DNA from: Candidatus Bathyarchaeota archaeon
GTDB lineage: Archaea; Thermoproteota; Bathyarchaeia; Bathyarchaeales; Bathycorpusculaceae
NCBI GenBank assembly: GCA_963767735.1
Contig: CAVYES010000007.1
Coordinates: forward strand, 321,254-385,253
Length of the DNA: 64,000 nucleotides
Direction: 5' to 3'
The notes below the pieces were generated by a model. That model ran no database searches. It was not told the origin of the DNA and was given only the letters and a program-made list of their open reading frames with translations. Each line of letters starts with the position of its first letter. Position 1 is the first letter of the stretch. The translations under genes were made by a program, and so were the position numbers. This document shows, piece by piece, positions 21,531-32,335 of this stretch.

Positions 21531-21670
21531 AATACATTTTGCTACATTTCGGTACGTTTTGCTACATTCTAATATATTCTGATACATTTCTGTACGCAAC
21601 CTACAAGCAATTAAAGCCCTGAAAACGAAAACCAACCCAAAACACAAAGACAAAAATTTTGCAGCAAAAA
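21531..21670 (+). repeat. Element family A, copy A4: 7 x 10-bp TAC-core units plus anchor
   Basis: TA(C/T) at 21533 ... 21593; CAACCTACAAGC at 21597; second CAACC at 21633. Confidence 0.9.
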
Positions 21671-21736
21671 TAATCAACACCTACTGGTAGATAGCTGAGT
21701 GAGCAAACAAATGTGCAGAAACGAAACTTGATAAAA

Positions 21737-22213
21737 CTATGGTTTTCTGTACAGATAGATTGTGTGAGAAGGATAGCCTAACTGGGGATTCTCGCAGAAA
21801 TTTTCAACTTTCTCGGGTTGCCAACCGATAATCTCGTAATCATGCGAAACTACACGTGCGCCTTTTTTAAGGTCGCTTTCAAGTTTAGGCCTGATTTTCT
21901 CATTTGCACTTGTTGTCAAATACAAGTAAACTACATCAGCGGAACTTAAGTTGATGTCAAACATGTTACTGTTCATTATGGTTACTCTGTCCTCAAGACC
22001 ATTCTCATGAATGGTACCCATCGCTTTTTTCGCCAAATCCTCACGCAGTTCAATGCCGACGCCCCGGGCACCGAAAGTTTTCGCCGCCATGATTACGGTT
22101 CTACCATCTCCAGAACCCATATCAAACAGCACTTCGCCAGCCTTCAAATCAGCCAACTTTAGCATATATTCTACAACACTGTTTGGACTTGGAACGAAAG
22201 GAGCAATAAACAT
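21737..22213 (-). CDS. Class I SAM-dependent methyltransferase
   Basis: APFVPSP, FDMGSGDGR, GARVVSHDY. Confidence 0.9.
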   Translation of the reverse strand: MFIAPFVPSPNSVVEYMLKLADLKAGEVLFDMGSGDGRTVIMAAKTFGARGVGIELREDLAKKAMGTIHENGLEDRVTIMNSNMFDINLSSADVVYLYLTTSANEKIRPKLESDLKKGARVVSHDYEIIGWQPEKVENFCENPQLGYPSHTIYLYRKP

Positions 22214-22243
22214 TTCCAGACTTCACCAATGTTATTTATGCTT

Positions 22244-22594
22244 TTATGCCACGTAAGCGTCCTTTTTCGGATTTGGTCTTCTAGCTTCTCCGCATTTTGC
22301 ACAGCTTTGAGCGCATAACTCAAGGTATTTTTCTTCATCTGCTGAACCAACGGCGTTAGCTGCTTTTGTGCAGAGTTCACTTGGTTCAGAGCAGCCTTCT
22401 TCTTTGCATAGTTTCGAAATGTATTGGCATACTTCTTGCACATCTTTGGGTTCTAAGATAGCCCTATTGGTGCGAACAATTAAACATAGCTCCCGCGCCA
22501 TGACACAAGTTTTAACGTATTTAATGCGTTCAAGAACTTCACTGCGTAAATTCTTTCGACTTATTTCCACGCTTCTTAAATCTCCTACTGGCAC
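22244..22594 (-). CDS. Cys-rich hypothetical protein
   Basis: 116 aa, many Cys, co-oriented with the methyltransferase. Confidence 0.6.
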   Translation of the reverse strand: MPVGDLRSVEISRKNLRSEVLERIKYVKTCVMARELCLIVRTNRAILEPKDVQEVCQYISKLCKEEGCSEPSELCTKAANAVGSADEEKYLELCAQSCAKCGEARRPNPKKDAYVA

Positions 22595-22684
22595 TTAAGC
22601 AAATAAGCAGATAAGCAGTCTAGGTTTAAATAGTTGCTGTTATTCCGCATAAACATACAATTTAAAAAAAGAAAACTAAATCAT

Positions 22685-25558
22685 TTATGAAAAACGTTTA
22701 CTTAGTGCTTTACGTTCAGCCTCCAAAACCAACTCGTAAAATCGATCCGAAAGCTTAGATTCCTTCTCTAAAACGGCTGCAATTTCCACTGTTGAAACCC
22801 GTCGAGCGCTCAATGCCACTGCCGCCGCTTTACCATACTTTTCAATTAATTCAGCAGTATGCTTAGCTTGCAACCGCATCTTTTCCTCATCCTTAGCCAA
22901 GCGTCCCTTCTTCTCAATTAACGGCAAAGCCTTCTCCTCATCCACCTTCAACAATCCAATGGCAAAAGACCCACATCTGGGACACTTGGGCCTATCAGGC
23001 AAATCTTTGATGCAAATCGTCTCCATGTAATCCCAACAGCAAGTGCAAATGAAATTGCCTGTTTCATTTAGCAATCGCGCCTTGGCTGCCGCAACAAGCA
23101 CAGCGCGCATTTTCTCGGGCGGAATAAGATCAGTTTTCATGCTTACCCGCTCGATACCCACGCGAGCAACTGGAGTTGCATCCCCGCCTGTCGCAACAAC
23201 CTGTAAGCCTACGTCGCCGTCATGAATCCGTTTAAGCACCATGACAAGCCCATCGGCATCAAGGTCTTTAGAGAAAACCTCCTTCAACCCCTCTTCATAG
23301 ATCAGGGTACCCTCAAAACTCGAAATCAGCTTCTGGATGCTAATGTTGCTAAAGTCAGCCCACTTTTTTAGTGCACCAAAACGCCTCGCTACCTGTATTA
23401 CTCGTCTTTTGAATAAGCCAGTCTTCACAGTTGACCTAGTCAACGTGTCCTTAACCGATTGGGAACTCATCCCTTTCAACTCATCAAAAACTTCAACCAG
23501 CCTCTCAGCACTCATACTGCCCATCGTTTGGACAAAAATGCGGTAAGGGTCATGCTGAACCACGATACCATAACCAAGCTTGTCAGACAACACTTCCCCA
23601 AGGAACTGCGCTAAGGCACGATTAATTAGCGAACCAAAATTAGAATGAATAATAACAAATTCACCCCAATCCTCAACAACAATCCGCGTAGAAGTAGGAA
23701 CCACAAAGCCGCAGTTCACTTGCTCAACCGTCTCCGCCAAAGCATGCAAAATCGTCTCCGCATCGGCTGCATAACGCCCACTAAGCAAAGCACTTATCTG
23801 CTCTGGCGTAAGCCCACTATGCATTTTTTCTTCCGCGAATCCGCGTATTTCCGCCAGCTCCTGTGCGATTTCATATGGAACAGGAATTTCTTCGCCTATC
23901 CAACTGGGAATTGAGCCAGTTGGGTCATCGACAGGGCGGACATAAACTTTGTCTTCTGTAGCATGGATTATTTGCCATGGGCTGCCTCGTATAATAAATT
24001 TTGTTCCAGGCTTGCCGTACTCCGCCATGAACGCTTCATCTAATACCCCGATGGATGTGTCAGATGACTCGTCAATTACAAGAAACTGTTTCTCCTCAGG
24101 AATCATTGATAAATTATCGAAATAGTATTCAAACAAAGCCTTAGAACGCTGAGGCTTCAAAGCGACTTGGTCCTCAAAGGATACCCATGCTAAACGCGGA
24201 AAACGATCATACATGTACCTAAAAGCTTTTCCAACGTCTTCGATGGTTAAATTCTCAAAAGGCGCAGCGTTACGTGCTAATTCTAAAACACCGCTAAATT
24301 CTAATCGCCTATTCTTCAGCATCAACCCAGCAATCTGATGAACCAAAACATCGTAGGGTTTGTCTGGAATTTGAAGTGGCTCCAACTCTTCATTGAGAGC
24401 TCTTCTGGCAATAACTAAGGCTTCAAGCGTATCATCCGAATCCATGCCGATTATCACGCCTTCGGCAACATCTCCGTAAGTGTGGCCTGCCCGTCCCACG
24501 CGTTGTATGAGTCTAGTCACTTGACGTGGACTCATATATTGAATGACAAAATCTATTCGCCCAATATCTATTCCCAATTCAAGACTGCTGGTGGCGATTA
24601 AACCCTTAAGCTCACCTCGTTTTAAACCGTTTTCAGCAGCAATCCTTGAAACCTTAGCTAAAGAGCCATGGTGGATCGATATGGGAAAATCAATGTCCCA
24701 AACCTTAAATCTAGAAGCCAAAACTTCCGAAATTGAACGCGTATTTGTAAATAAAAGAACGGATTTTCGTTTACTCATGTAATCGCGGATAATACGCAGT
24801 CTGGCTGCCACCTCTGGATGCGTGTAAATTTTCGATGCAAACCTGACATCTTCCTCAGTTGGCTTCGGATAGATTACTTGCAGCTTCACCATTTTGGCAA
24901 CTGGAACACGGATGATTTCTACGGGGCGTTTATTGCCGACAAGGAAATGGGCGACTTTTTCTGGGCTGCCTATCGTAGCGGATAAACCGATCATTTGGAA
25001 GTCTTTTCCGATTAGGCTTCTGATCCGTTCCAGTGCCAATGACAGCTGGCTTCCGCGTTTGCTGTCAGCTAACTCATGTACTTCATCAATTACTACCCAT
25101 CGTAAGCTTTGTAGGTGTTGACGCAAAATCCAGCCAGAAAGTATAGCTTGTAGTGTTTCAGGAGTCGTTATAAGAATATCAGGCGGACTTCGGGATTGAC
25201 GAGTTCTTTCTTTTGATTCAGTGTCACCATGCCGAACGGCGAGTTTTATATCTAAGCTGTTGCACCACCATTGAAGCCGCTCAAGCAAGTCTCTATTTAG
25301 AGCCCGCAACGGAGTGATGTATAGCACTTTTATGCCTGGCGTTTTGGGTTCCTTAAGAAGCATGCTTAGCACAGGCAGGAAAGCAGCTTCTGTTTTGCCT
25401 GTAGCTGTAGGTGAAATTAACAGGACATTTTTGCCCTCGAGGATTTTTGGTATTGTTTTTTCTTGAGGTTCAGTTGGTTTAGAGAATCCTTTCTGTTCAA
25501 CGAGCCTTCGAACTGGCTTCACAAGCATTTCAAAAGCATTCTCAGAAGTTGCTTGCAA
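22685..25558 (-). CDS. Lhr-like DEAD/DEAH-box helicase
   Basis: PTATGKT, DEVH, SAT, QRVGRAGH, C-terminal CPRC zinc motif. Confidence 0.92.
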   Translation of the reverse strand: MQATSENAFEMLVKPVRRLVEQKGFSKPTEPQEKTIPKILEGKNVLLISPTATGKTEAAFLPVLSMLLKEPKTPGIKVLYITPLRALNRDLLERLQWWCNSLDIKLAVRHGDTESKERTRQSRSPPDILITTPETLQAILSGWILRQHLQSLRWVVIDEVHELADSKRGSQLSLALERIRSLIGKDFQMIGLSATIGSPEKVAHFLVGNKRPVEIIRVPVAKMVKLQVIYPKPTEEDVRFASKIYTHPEVAARLRIIRDYMSKRKSVLLFTNTRSISEVLASRFKVWDIDFPISIHHGSLAKVSRIAAENGLKRGELKGLIATSSLELGIDIGRIDFVIQYMSPRQVTRLIQRVGRAGHTYGDVAEGVIIGMDSDDTLEALVIARRALNEELEPLQIPDKPYDVLVHQIAGLMLKNRRLEFSGVLELARNAAPFENLTIEDVGKAFRYMYDRFPRLAWVSFEDQVALKPQRSKALFEYYFDNLSMIPEEKQFLVIDESSDTSIGVLDEAFMAEYGKPGTKFIIRGSPWQIIHATEDKVYVRPVDDPTGSIPSWIGEEIPVPYEIAQELAEIRGFAEEKMHSGLTPEQISALLSGRYAADAETILHALAETVEQVNCGFVVPTSTRIVVEDWGEFVIIHSNFGSLINRALAQFLGEVLSDKLGYGIVVQHDPYRIFVQTMGSMSAERLVEVFDELKGMSSQSVKDTLTRSTVKTGLFKRRVIQVARRFGALKKWADFSNISIQKLISSFEGTLIYEEGLKEVFSKDLDADGLVMVLKRIHDGDVGLQVVATGGDATPVARVGIERVSMKTDLIPPEKMRAVLVAAAKARLLNETGNFICTCCWDYMETICIKDLPDRPKCPRCGSFAIGLLKVDEEKALPLIEKKGRLAKDEEKMRLQAKHTAELIEKYGKAAAVALSARRVSTVEIAAVLEKESKLSDRFYELVLEAERKALSKRFS

Positions 25559-25872
25559 TATAAGTTGAACCTCGAATGGTATGATAAGCGGGGATTCTGC
25601 TATAAAAAAGGTTAGGGAAGGTTAACGAGAACTTCAGGCGTTTCTTGGCAATTATTAACTTTTAAGGCTTAGGGCATGGTTAATTGTTGCTGTTTCTGGT
25701 CAGTAAGGAGATATTTTAAAGGATTTCCAACCATTTCCTACGGCGACATCCATGGCGTATACAAAAAATTGTTTAAACATACCGTGTAAACGCAGAATAT
25801 ATATTGGAAACGTATGGAAAGTTTTTTATTCTATAATGATAAACCATGGAATCGTAATACGGAGGAAATTGA

Positions 25873-26043
25873 ATGGCTAAATGTCCAAAATGTGGAACAG
25901 AAGTTCCAAAGACAAAAAAGAGTTGGAAAATGGCTGGTCGTCCAGATAAAGCTGGAAAACGAATGCAACTGGAAATCGGACTCTACGAATGTCCAAAATG
26001 CGGCAACGTATTCCGCGAAGTCTTAAGCAAAAAGAAAATCTAA
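25873..26043 (+). CDS. Cren7-like small chromatin protein with zinc ribbon (56 aa, absent from the ORF track)
   Basis: MAKCPKCGTEVPKTKKSWKMAGRPDKAGKRMQLEIGLYECPKCGNVFREVLSKKKI; GGAGG RBS upstream. Confidence 0.8.
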   Translation: MAKCPKCGTEVPKTKKSWKMAGRPDKAGKRMQLEIGLYECPKCGNVFREVLSKKKI

Positions 26044-26170
26044 AACTGCAATTAAATCAAGTTTAGTTGCATAACTTGCTCTCTTTTATTTTTATTTAAT
26101 CTAAAAAAGAGAAGAATTAAAACATAGGAACTCTTTATGAACAGGAACATTTCAAAGTAGAGGCACAAGT

Positions 26171-26845
26171 TTGAATGCTCGAAAGCATGTGTGGAATAAA
26201 GATTACTTCAAAACAGTAGTAGCTATAGCATTAATTGTTGCAATAGTTTTAAGCTTTTTATTTGGTTTGCAATTCGCGCTTCACACACCTGATCCTGCCT
26301 TAACTGTGGAAAGCGGCAGCATGAGTATTCCTTACGATGCCTACGATAACTTCTGGGATAGCGTAGCTCACCCGTTTGATCGAACCCTAAGTATAGGAGA
26401 CATCATAATCGTCCAAGGCGTAAATCCGGCGGATTTGAACGCAAATTACCCCAACAGCGACATAATTGTTTACCGCAATCCGTCAGACCCCGACACACTC
26501 ATTGTTCACCGAATAGTTTCAAAACAAGAAATTAACGGCACATGGTACTTCCAGACGAAGGGTGACGGCAACGGGCAACAATGGCCGGCTACACCTTCGC
26601 CGGACCAATATGATAGCCAAACCATTTGGCATAGTGCTCAATATAGCAATACTGGGATTCCACAAAGCTACGTGGTCGGTAAAGTGATTATGCGTATTCC
26701 GTGGATAGGTTGGGTAACTCTTTTCATGAGGGATAATTCTTGGGGGTTACCAGTGATTATTGCTCTCATAACGCTGCTTATTATAATCGAATTTATCGTG
26801 CCTATATTGAGAGAGAAAAAACCTGAAAATCAGAACTCGGTGTAA
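26171..26845 (+). CDS. Signal peptidase I (S26, archaeal Ser-His type), copy 1
   Basis: VESGSM, IVHRI, TKGDGN, VGKV..RIPWIG. Confidence 0.92.
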   Translation: MNARKHVWNKDYFKTVVAIALIVAIVLSFLFGLQFALHTPDPALTVESGSMSIPYDAYDNFWDSVAHPFDRTLSIGDIIIVQGVNPADLNANYPNSDIIVYRNPSDPDTLIVHRIVSKQEINGTWYFQTKGDGNGQQWPATPSPDQYDSQTIWHSAQYSNTGIPQSYVVGKVIMRIPWIGWVTLFMRDNSWGLPVIIALITLLIIIEFIVPILREKKPENQNSV

Positions 26846-27027
26846 CCGCAGTGTCAGGTATCTTCATAAAGTCACGTTTTGATAAGACCAAGATGTATTG
26901 ATGCAACCAGAACCTTACTGATTGCGTCATGTGTCCTCGCTCTTATGTTTCTATATTACGAAGCGGTAAGTTTTAAAACACAATAGTTCTTTATGAAAAG
27001 GAATACTTCGATTGTTGAGGCACAAGT

Positions 27028-27666
27028 TTGAGCGATTTAAAAAAGTTTTGGAAAAATGATTACTTCAAAACGATAGTTGCCATCGTTTTGATTGTTGCAA
27101 TTGTCCTCAGCTTCTTATTTGGCCTGCAGTTCGCGCTTCACACGCCTGATCCTGCCTTAACTGTGGAAAGCGGCAGCATGAGTATTCCTTACGATGCCTA
27201 CGATAACTTCTGGGATAGCATAGCTCACCCGTTTGATCGAACCCTAAGTATAGGCGACATCATAATCGTCCAAGGCGTAAACCCTAAAGACCTAAACACA
27301 AACTACCCAAACAGCGACATAATCGTCTTCCACAGCCCCAACGATTATAACATGTTAATTGTGCACCGCATAATAAGCACAGTAGTAGTCAACGGCACCA
27401 CATATTTTCTCACTAAAGGGGACGGAAACGGAAACCCATGGCCACAAACTCCAACATCAGGCCAAGACCCTTGGGACTACAACAATCCACCCGGAGTTCC
27501 GTCAAACTATATAGTAGGCAAAGTTGTTATGCGTATTCCGTGGTTTGGTTGGATAACACTTTTCATGAGGGATAATTCTTGGGGTTTGCCAGTGGTTATT
27601 GCGCTTATATTGTTGCTTATAGTTATCGAATTTATCGTACCTATATTAAGAGAGAAAGAAACCTGA
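27028..27666 (+). CDS. Signal peptidase I, tandem copy 2
   Basis: Same motifs; clear paralogue of 26171-26845. Confidence 0.92.
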   Translation: MSDLKKFWKNDYFKTIVAIVLIVAIVLSFLFGLQFALHTPDPALTVESGSMSIPYDAYDNFWDSIAHPFDRTLSIGDIIIVQGVNPKDLNTNYPNSDIIVFHSPNDYNMLIVHRIISTVVVNGTTYFLTKGDGNGNPWPQTPTSGQDPWDYNNPPGVPSNYIVGKVVMRIPWFGWITLFMRDNSWGLPVVIALILLLIVIEFIVPILREKET

Positions 27667-27760
27667 ACAACAGAACCCAACGCAGCCGCAGTTACAGATG
27701 TCTTTATAAAGTCAGTTGATAAGGGATATTTAAAGGGCGTTAAAGCAAGAGGGAAATGGA

Positions 27761-28321
27761 GTGCCAAAAGTTAAAGCTACAATAAGCATCGAGAACGTGG
27801 TCGCTTCCGCAACGCTGAACCAGAAAGTTGACTTGAACGCCGTTGTAAAGGGTTACCCAGGTGTTGAATATCGCCCTGAACAGTTTCCAGGCCTAGTTTT
27901 CAGGTTAAAACGCCCCAAAACTGCGACTTTAATTTTTAGTTCTGGAAAGATGGTTTGCACAGGGGCTAAATCGGAGAAAGAAGCTCGTAGAGCCGTGATG
28001 AAAGTTGTTAAGGAACTTAAGAAAGGCGGCATAATAATCATCAGCAAACCAGAACTTAAAATACAAAACATAGTTGCTTCAGGCGGTTTAGGCGGCATGA
28101 TTGATTTAGAAAAAGCTGCATACACGCTTGGACATGCAATGTATGAACCTGAACAGTTCCCAGGATTAATTTATAGGATGCAAGAGCCAAAAGTTGTGAT
28201 TTTGCTTTTTGCAAGTGGAAAACTCGTTTGCACTGGAGCCAAAAAAGAACAAGACGTTTATGACGCAGTGGAAAAATTGCATACGCTACTTGAAGAAACC
28301 AATCTAATATTTTATGAATAA
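27761..28321 (+). CDS. tbp: TATA-box-binding protein
   Basis: Two repeats IENVVAS...YxPEQFPGL...LIFSSGK. Confidence 0.98.
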   Translation: MPKVKATISIENVVASATLNQKVDLNAVVKGYPGVEYRPEQFPGLVFRLKRPKTATLIFSSGKMVCTGAKSEKEARRAVMKVVKELKKGGIIIISKPELKIQNIVASGGLGGMIDLEKAAYTLGHAMYEPEQFPGLIYRMQEPKVVILLFASGKLVCTGAKKEQDVYDAVEKLHTLLEETNLIFYE

Positions 28322-28331
28322 AATTTGGGCT

Positions 28332-28970
28332 TTACTGTTTTTTTACTTGTTTTAGGATTGTCTTTAGGTCTTCTTGGTCAATGGCGCCTAATTCATAGAG
28401 CGTGTTAGCTATTTCGCTTATTTTCAGCAATGTATGAAGTTTTATTCCGTTTTTTTCAAGCTGTTGGTTTCCGCCTTCTTCTCTGTCTAGAAAAACGACG
28501 GCGTCTGTTACCACGCCACCTTCAGCTCTAACAGCTTCCGCAGCTTTTTTGAGAGTTAACCCAGTGGTTACTAAATCATCAATTAATAGAACTCTGTCCC
28601 CTGATGCCAAAAGTCCTTCAACTCTTCGTTCTCTTCCATGCAGTCGGACGCCTTTGCGCACATAAAGGAAGGGTTTTTTGAGGTTATACGCAACTTGAGA
28701 CGCAAAAATAATTCCGGTTAAAGGTACTCCTGCCATTCTATCAAAGTTTTTTACTCCAATCTGGTTGGTTATGTATTCAGCGTAGAAGTCGCAGATTTCT
28801 CTGAAGGCATCTGGAAAACTGGGAATTACTCTTAGATCAATGTAGTAAGGGCTTGCTTTTCCGCTAGATAGTTTGAACACTCCGAATTTTATTGCGTCAA
28901 TTTTGAAGAGTATGTTTGCCATTTTGTCTTTCTTCTCTTGGGCCACTTTGTCTATTTTCAATTTTTTCAC
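28332..28970 (-). CDS. pyrE: Orotate phosphoribosyltransferase
   Basis: FKLSSGKASPYYIDLR, LIDDLVTTG. Confidence 0.93.
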   Translation of the reverse strand: MKKLKIDKVAQEKKDKMANILFKIDAIKFGVFKLSSGKASPYYIDLRVIPSFPDAFREICDFYAEYITNQIGVKNFDRMAGVPLTGIIFASQVAYNLKKPFLYVRKGVRLHGRERRVEGLLASGDRVLLIDDLVTTGLTLKKAAEAVRAEGGVVTDAVVFLDREEGGNQQLEKNGIKLHTLLKISEIANTLYELGAIDQEDLKTILKQVKKQ

Positions 28971-29657
28971 TTCCTTTTTGATACCTGATAGATTTTATTT
29001 TGTTCAGGAATCAAGCATGCAGTTCTAGGCAATTCCTTCTTTATTATTTGCGCGAATTCTGTTTGGCTAGCTGCTGATGCTGTATGATAGGGCACTGCGA
29101 CTTGAGGCTTAGTTAAACGGGCTATTTCAAAGCCTGTTTGCGGCGTGGAGCCCGGCGCTATACCAACTGTGCAGAAGACAACATCGAATTTTTCTTTTTG
29201 CCCTATAGAGGCAAGTTCAGGGAAGGGTAAACTGTCTGCTGTATGGTAGACTTTGACTTCATCTTCGCTGGTTATTATGTAGGTTACTGGCGCTTCAGCA
29301 TTATGGTTGCATTTTTCTGCTTTAACGGAGACTTCGCCGATTTTTATTTCAGCGCCTGGTTTGATTTCTTGGAGTTTTTCTGGCGGGTATTGCATGTTGC
29401 AGTTTTTTAGTTGAGGCTGAATCAGCGATTATGGTACAGTTTGTTGCTTTCTGGATTTCTGTGATTAGTCTTGGGTCCAAGTGGTCATAATGCTCGTGTG
29501 TTATTAGGATTGCATCTACGTTTTGGAGGCTTTTGGGTTTGATGTCAACAGGGTCGATGGCAAGAGTTTTGCTGGGGGTTTTTAGCATTATTCCAGCATA
29601 CTGGTTGAACCAAACGAACAGTATGGTGTTTTTTTCTGGTATTTTCTGGATTGACAA
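28967..29657 (-). pseudogene. MBL-fold metallo-hydrolase split by a +1 frameshift near 29386 (real or sequencing error)
   Basis: N part has ITHEHYDH; C part has YHTADS...VPYH. Removing one C from ATACCCGCCA joins them. Confidence 0.75.
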
Positions 29658-29839
29658 ACTTGATTCCTCAAAGATAATTATGTGCTCAGCGTTAAAGAAG
29701 TTGCGTTACTCGCCTGATTTAACCGGAAAAATGTCGGCTCATTTCAAGTTAGGAACTACTAAAATGGAATTGTTCTGTTGTTCAACAGGAAAATTGAAGT
29801 TGCGTTTTAGGAATAAAGGTTATGTAGTAATCCCAAAAT

Positions 29840-30496
29840 ATGTTAAAATGGAGAAGGATGCCTTTTATGGGGTCATTGAAAAGTTTGGCTCAAGGCTTTC
29901 TAGTTGCAACTGGGCTAATATGGATATTCAACATCGCATCTCTCATAAGAGCTGGCGACGCTTGGCTAGGCTTAACATACGCGCTTATCTTGCTTATTCC
30001 AGTCTCCAGCATAACATATCTTAAACTGAAAAATACCAACCTCAAAACAGCGACGGGCACATCTGAGAAATGGCGGAATTTGCTGTTTTCTTTTCAAGGC
30101 GTTGCGTTAGCCTTCTGGATGTTTGATATTGCAACAACATTCTACGCCATTAACGTTACGGGTTTAGCGGTAGAGTTGAATCCGCTCGGGTGGCCGCTTG
30201 GAATTTTAGGCGCATTCGCATATTACGCCCCCACGTTAGTTTTCGCGTATATTTTGCTCTTCAAAATGAAAGAAAGCATCGCCTTCTACGCTTCCATACC
30301 GTTAACACTGATTACCCTTGGAATGGGAGTGATGAACTTGATGGCTGCAGCACAAAACTTACAAGTGTTCGTTGACACCACTATGCTGGCAACGGGAATA
30401 CGATATGGACTATTATCGTTGATTATTACGGTGAACTTGACGGTTCCGTTTGCCTTAAAAAGAACGGTAACTCAGTCTAAAGCCGTTTTGCCATAA
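29840..30496 (+). CDS. Hypothetical membrane protein
   Basis: About 6 hydrophobic helices; DIATTFYA..ELNPLG. Confidence 0.7.
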   Translation: MLKWRRMPFMGSLKSLAQGFLVATGLIWIFNIASLIRAGDAWLGLTYALILLIPVSSITYLKLKNTNLKTATGTSEKWRNLLFSFQGVALAFWMFDIATTFYAINVTGLAVELNPLGWPLGILGAFAYYAPTLVFAYILLFKMKESIAFYASIPLTLITLGMGVMNLMAAAQNLQVFVDTTMLATGIRYGLLSLIITVNLTVPFALKRTVTQSKAVLP

Positions 30497-30953
30497 CGTA
30501 CGCGTCTTCGCCGTCTGAGTAATATCCATTAATGGTTCGGGTAACTTCAAATCCTAACTTTTTGTAGAGCGAAATTGCAGCGTCGTTTGTCACTCTGACT
30601 TCTAGGAAGCATTGTTTAGCTTTGTAATATTGCATGCCCTCCAAGGCTCTGGTGATTACTGCTTGGGCAATGCCCTTGCGCCTGAATTGTGGCAGAACAG
30701 CTATAGATACGACGTGTCCTTTTCTTATCAAGCCGCCGAAACCATAATTTGATAAACCAACTTCGATACGGCACATGGTGTAACCTGCAATTACGCTATT
30801 TTCTTCTGCCACGATAAAGGTTTCAGGAAACCGTTGATGCAAGTCCATAAAGAAGAAGTCACTATAGTTTTCTGGAAGACAGACACGGTTGATTTGCATT
30901 ACACTTTGTAAATCATCGGGTACAAATTTGCGAAGCTTAAAGGTCTGTTGCAT
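30477..30953 (-). CDS. N-terminal acetyltransferase (RimI/Ard1 family)
   Basis: LPENY, GHVVSIAV...RRKGIA, LEVRVTN, YYSDGEDAYVM. Confidence 0.92.
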   Translation of the reverse strand: MQQTFKLRKFVPDDLQSVMQINRVCLPENYSDFFFMDLHQRFPETFIVAEENSVIAGYTMCRIEVGLSNYGFGGLIRKGHVVSIAVLPQFRRKGIAQAVITRALEGMQYYKAKQCFLEVRVTNDAAISLYKKLGFEVTRTINGYYSDGEDAYVMAKRL

Positions 30954-31045
30954 TATTTCGCCTTCTAAACCAAATTTCACCGTTGCAACTTAAACGTTAC
31001 GCTTATGGCATAATCCTTGGCTTTTTTTGTGTTGCTGATGCGGCT

Positions 31046-32335
31046 TTAAGTCTTTGTTTCTTCCGGTGCCATGAACACAGGCAATGTGCCGCTGCCCTGA
31101 GGTATCGCCCAAACTCTTGAAGCTGAACCCGCAATTTTCAACGCTTCAGCAAAAGCGTCATTTACGGCTCTGGCAGTCTTCAACTTGAATATGCTCGTCG
31201 CATAGTAATCAGGCAAAGAGGATACCAATATTATTTGGTGGTTCTGCAGAGCTTTTAAAAGATAATAGGCCTTATGCCCGCCCAAAACAAAGTTGCGTTT
31301 AATTTCACGCTCAACATTTTTCAAATCGCCCAACCGTGTCATCCAATCATAAAACACTTGGTTTCCGTGCCCTTCAGGACATTCAGCTACAAGAATTATT
31401 ACTCCTCCGCGTTTTACTGCATCTAACGCGTTGTCGAGCGCTTTGTATGCTTGGTACAGATTCATGTCTGATGGGTGGCCGCCTGCACTTACGACTATTA
31501 TGTCTGCTCGACGGTCCAGCGTTATGCGGTACATTTCGTCGACCAGTTTTACGGCTTCCAGAAATGCCTGTTCCAAATCTCCAGCGAAGGCTTTTACGAT
31601 TTCGCCCTTCTTGTTCGCTACAACATTAACTATGAAGTCTACTTTAGCTAATTTTGCTGCCTCGGTCATGTCGCAATGCACTGGATTATCGTCCAGAACT
31701 CCAGTTCGCGCATTGGCGTGAAGCAGCATTGCATGATTTTGCTTGATGGTTTCTTCCCCGCAGACCGCTGGTAAAACGCTTTTTCTCCCACCGCCGTAAC
31801 CCGCATAGTAGTGGAAGCCAACGTCTCCTAACAGTACTTTCACGTCTGCCTCAGCGAATATGCGGTTAATGTGCACCTTATTGCCATGTGTCTTAGTTGT
31901 GCCCACGTAAACTAAATCTTGCGCTCGGCAGTCATGGCTGGTGGTTTTTAACCGTTTAAGCGCTTCTTCACCAATCAATGCAGTGGCCTCTTCTGGCTTA
32001 ACTGCTCTGTGTGTTCCGCAGCCGAAAATAACTGTGACATTTTCGTCATTTACACCAGCCAGATTCAATTCTGCTAGCACCGGCAAAAGCATAACTTCAC
32101 TTTGTGCTTTACGTGTGGCATCATCAACAACTATGGCAACTTTGCTTTCCGGCTTGGCAATTTCACTTAAACGTTTTGAGCCAACAGGAATTGGCTTTTT
32201 TAGGGCTCGCTCGACCTCAGCTTTAGCGTCCGGTGCGCCTTGGCGCTCGGCTTGCTCGATTGTGCCGAGGAGATTTCGGGCTGGAACTCGGACGCATACG
32301 TCGGTTTTTCCGTAGGGAAGCCAAACATCAACCAT
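31046..32335 (-). CDS. larA: Nickel-dependent lactate racemase family protein (LarA)
   Basis: VDDATR, GTHR, HYYAGYGGGRKS, NLYQAYK, ECPEG. Confidence 0.88.
   Translation of the reverse strand: MVDVWLPYGKTDVCVRVPARNLLGTIEQAERQGAPDAKAEVERALKKPIPVGSKRLSEIAKPESKVAIVVDDATRKAQSEVMLLPVLAELNLAGVNDENVTVIFGCGTHRAVKPEEATALIGEEALKRLKTTSHDCRAQDLVYVGTTKTHGNKVHINRIFAEADVKVLLGDVGFHYYAGYGGGRKSVLPAVCGEETIKQNHAMLLHANARTGVLDDNPVHCDMTEAAKLAKVDFIVNVVANKKGEIVKAFAGDLEQAFLEAVKLVDEMYRITLDRRADIIVVSAGGHPSDMNLYQAYKALDNALDAVKRGGVIILVAECPEGHGNQVFYDWMTRLGDLKNVEREIKRNFVLGGHKAYYLLKALQNHQIILVSSLPDYYATSIFKLKTARAVNDAFAEALKIAGSASRVWAIPQGSGTLPVFMAPEETKT

Noticed and set aside
21243-21680. Minus-strand ORFs (60 and 80 aa) over A3/A4, and 59952-60137 over A7
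   Set aside because: Low-complexity translations; frames are not conserved between element copies, and other copies have early stops.
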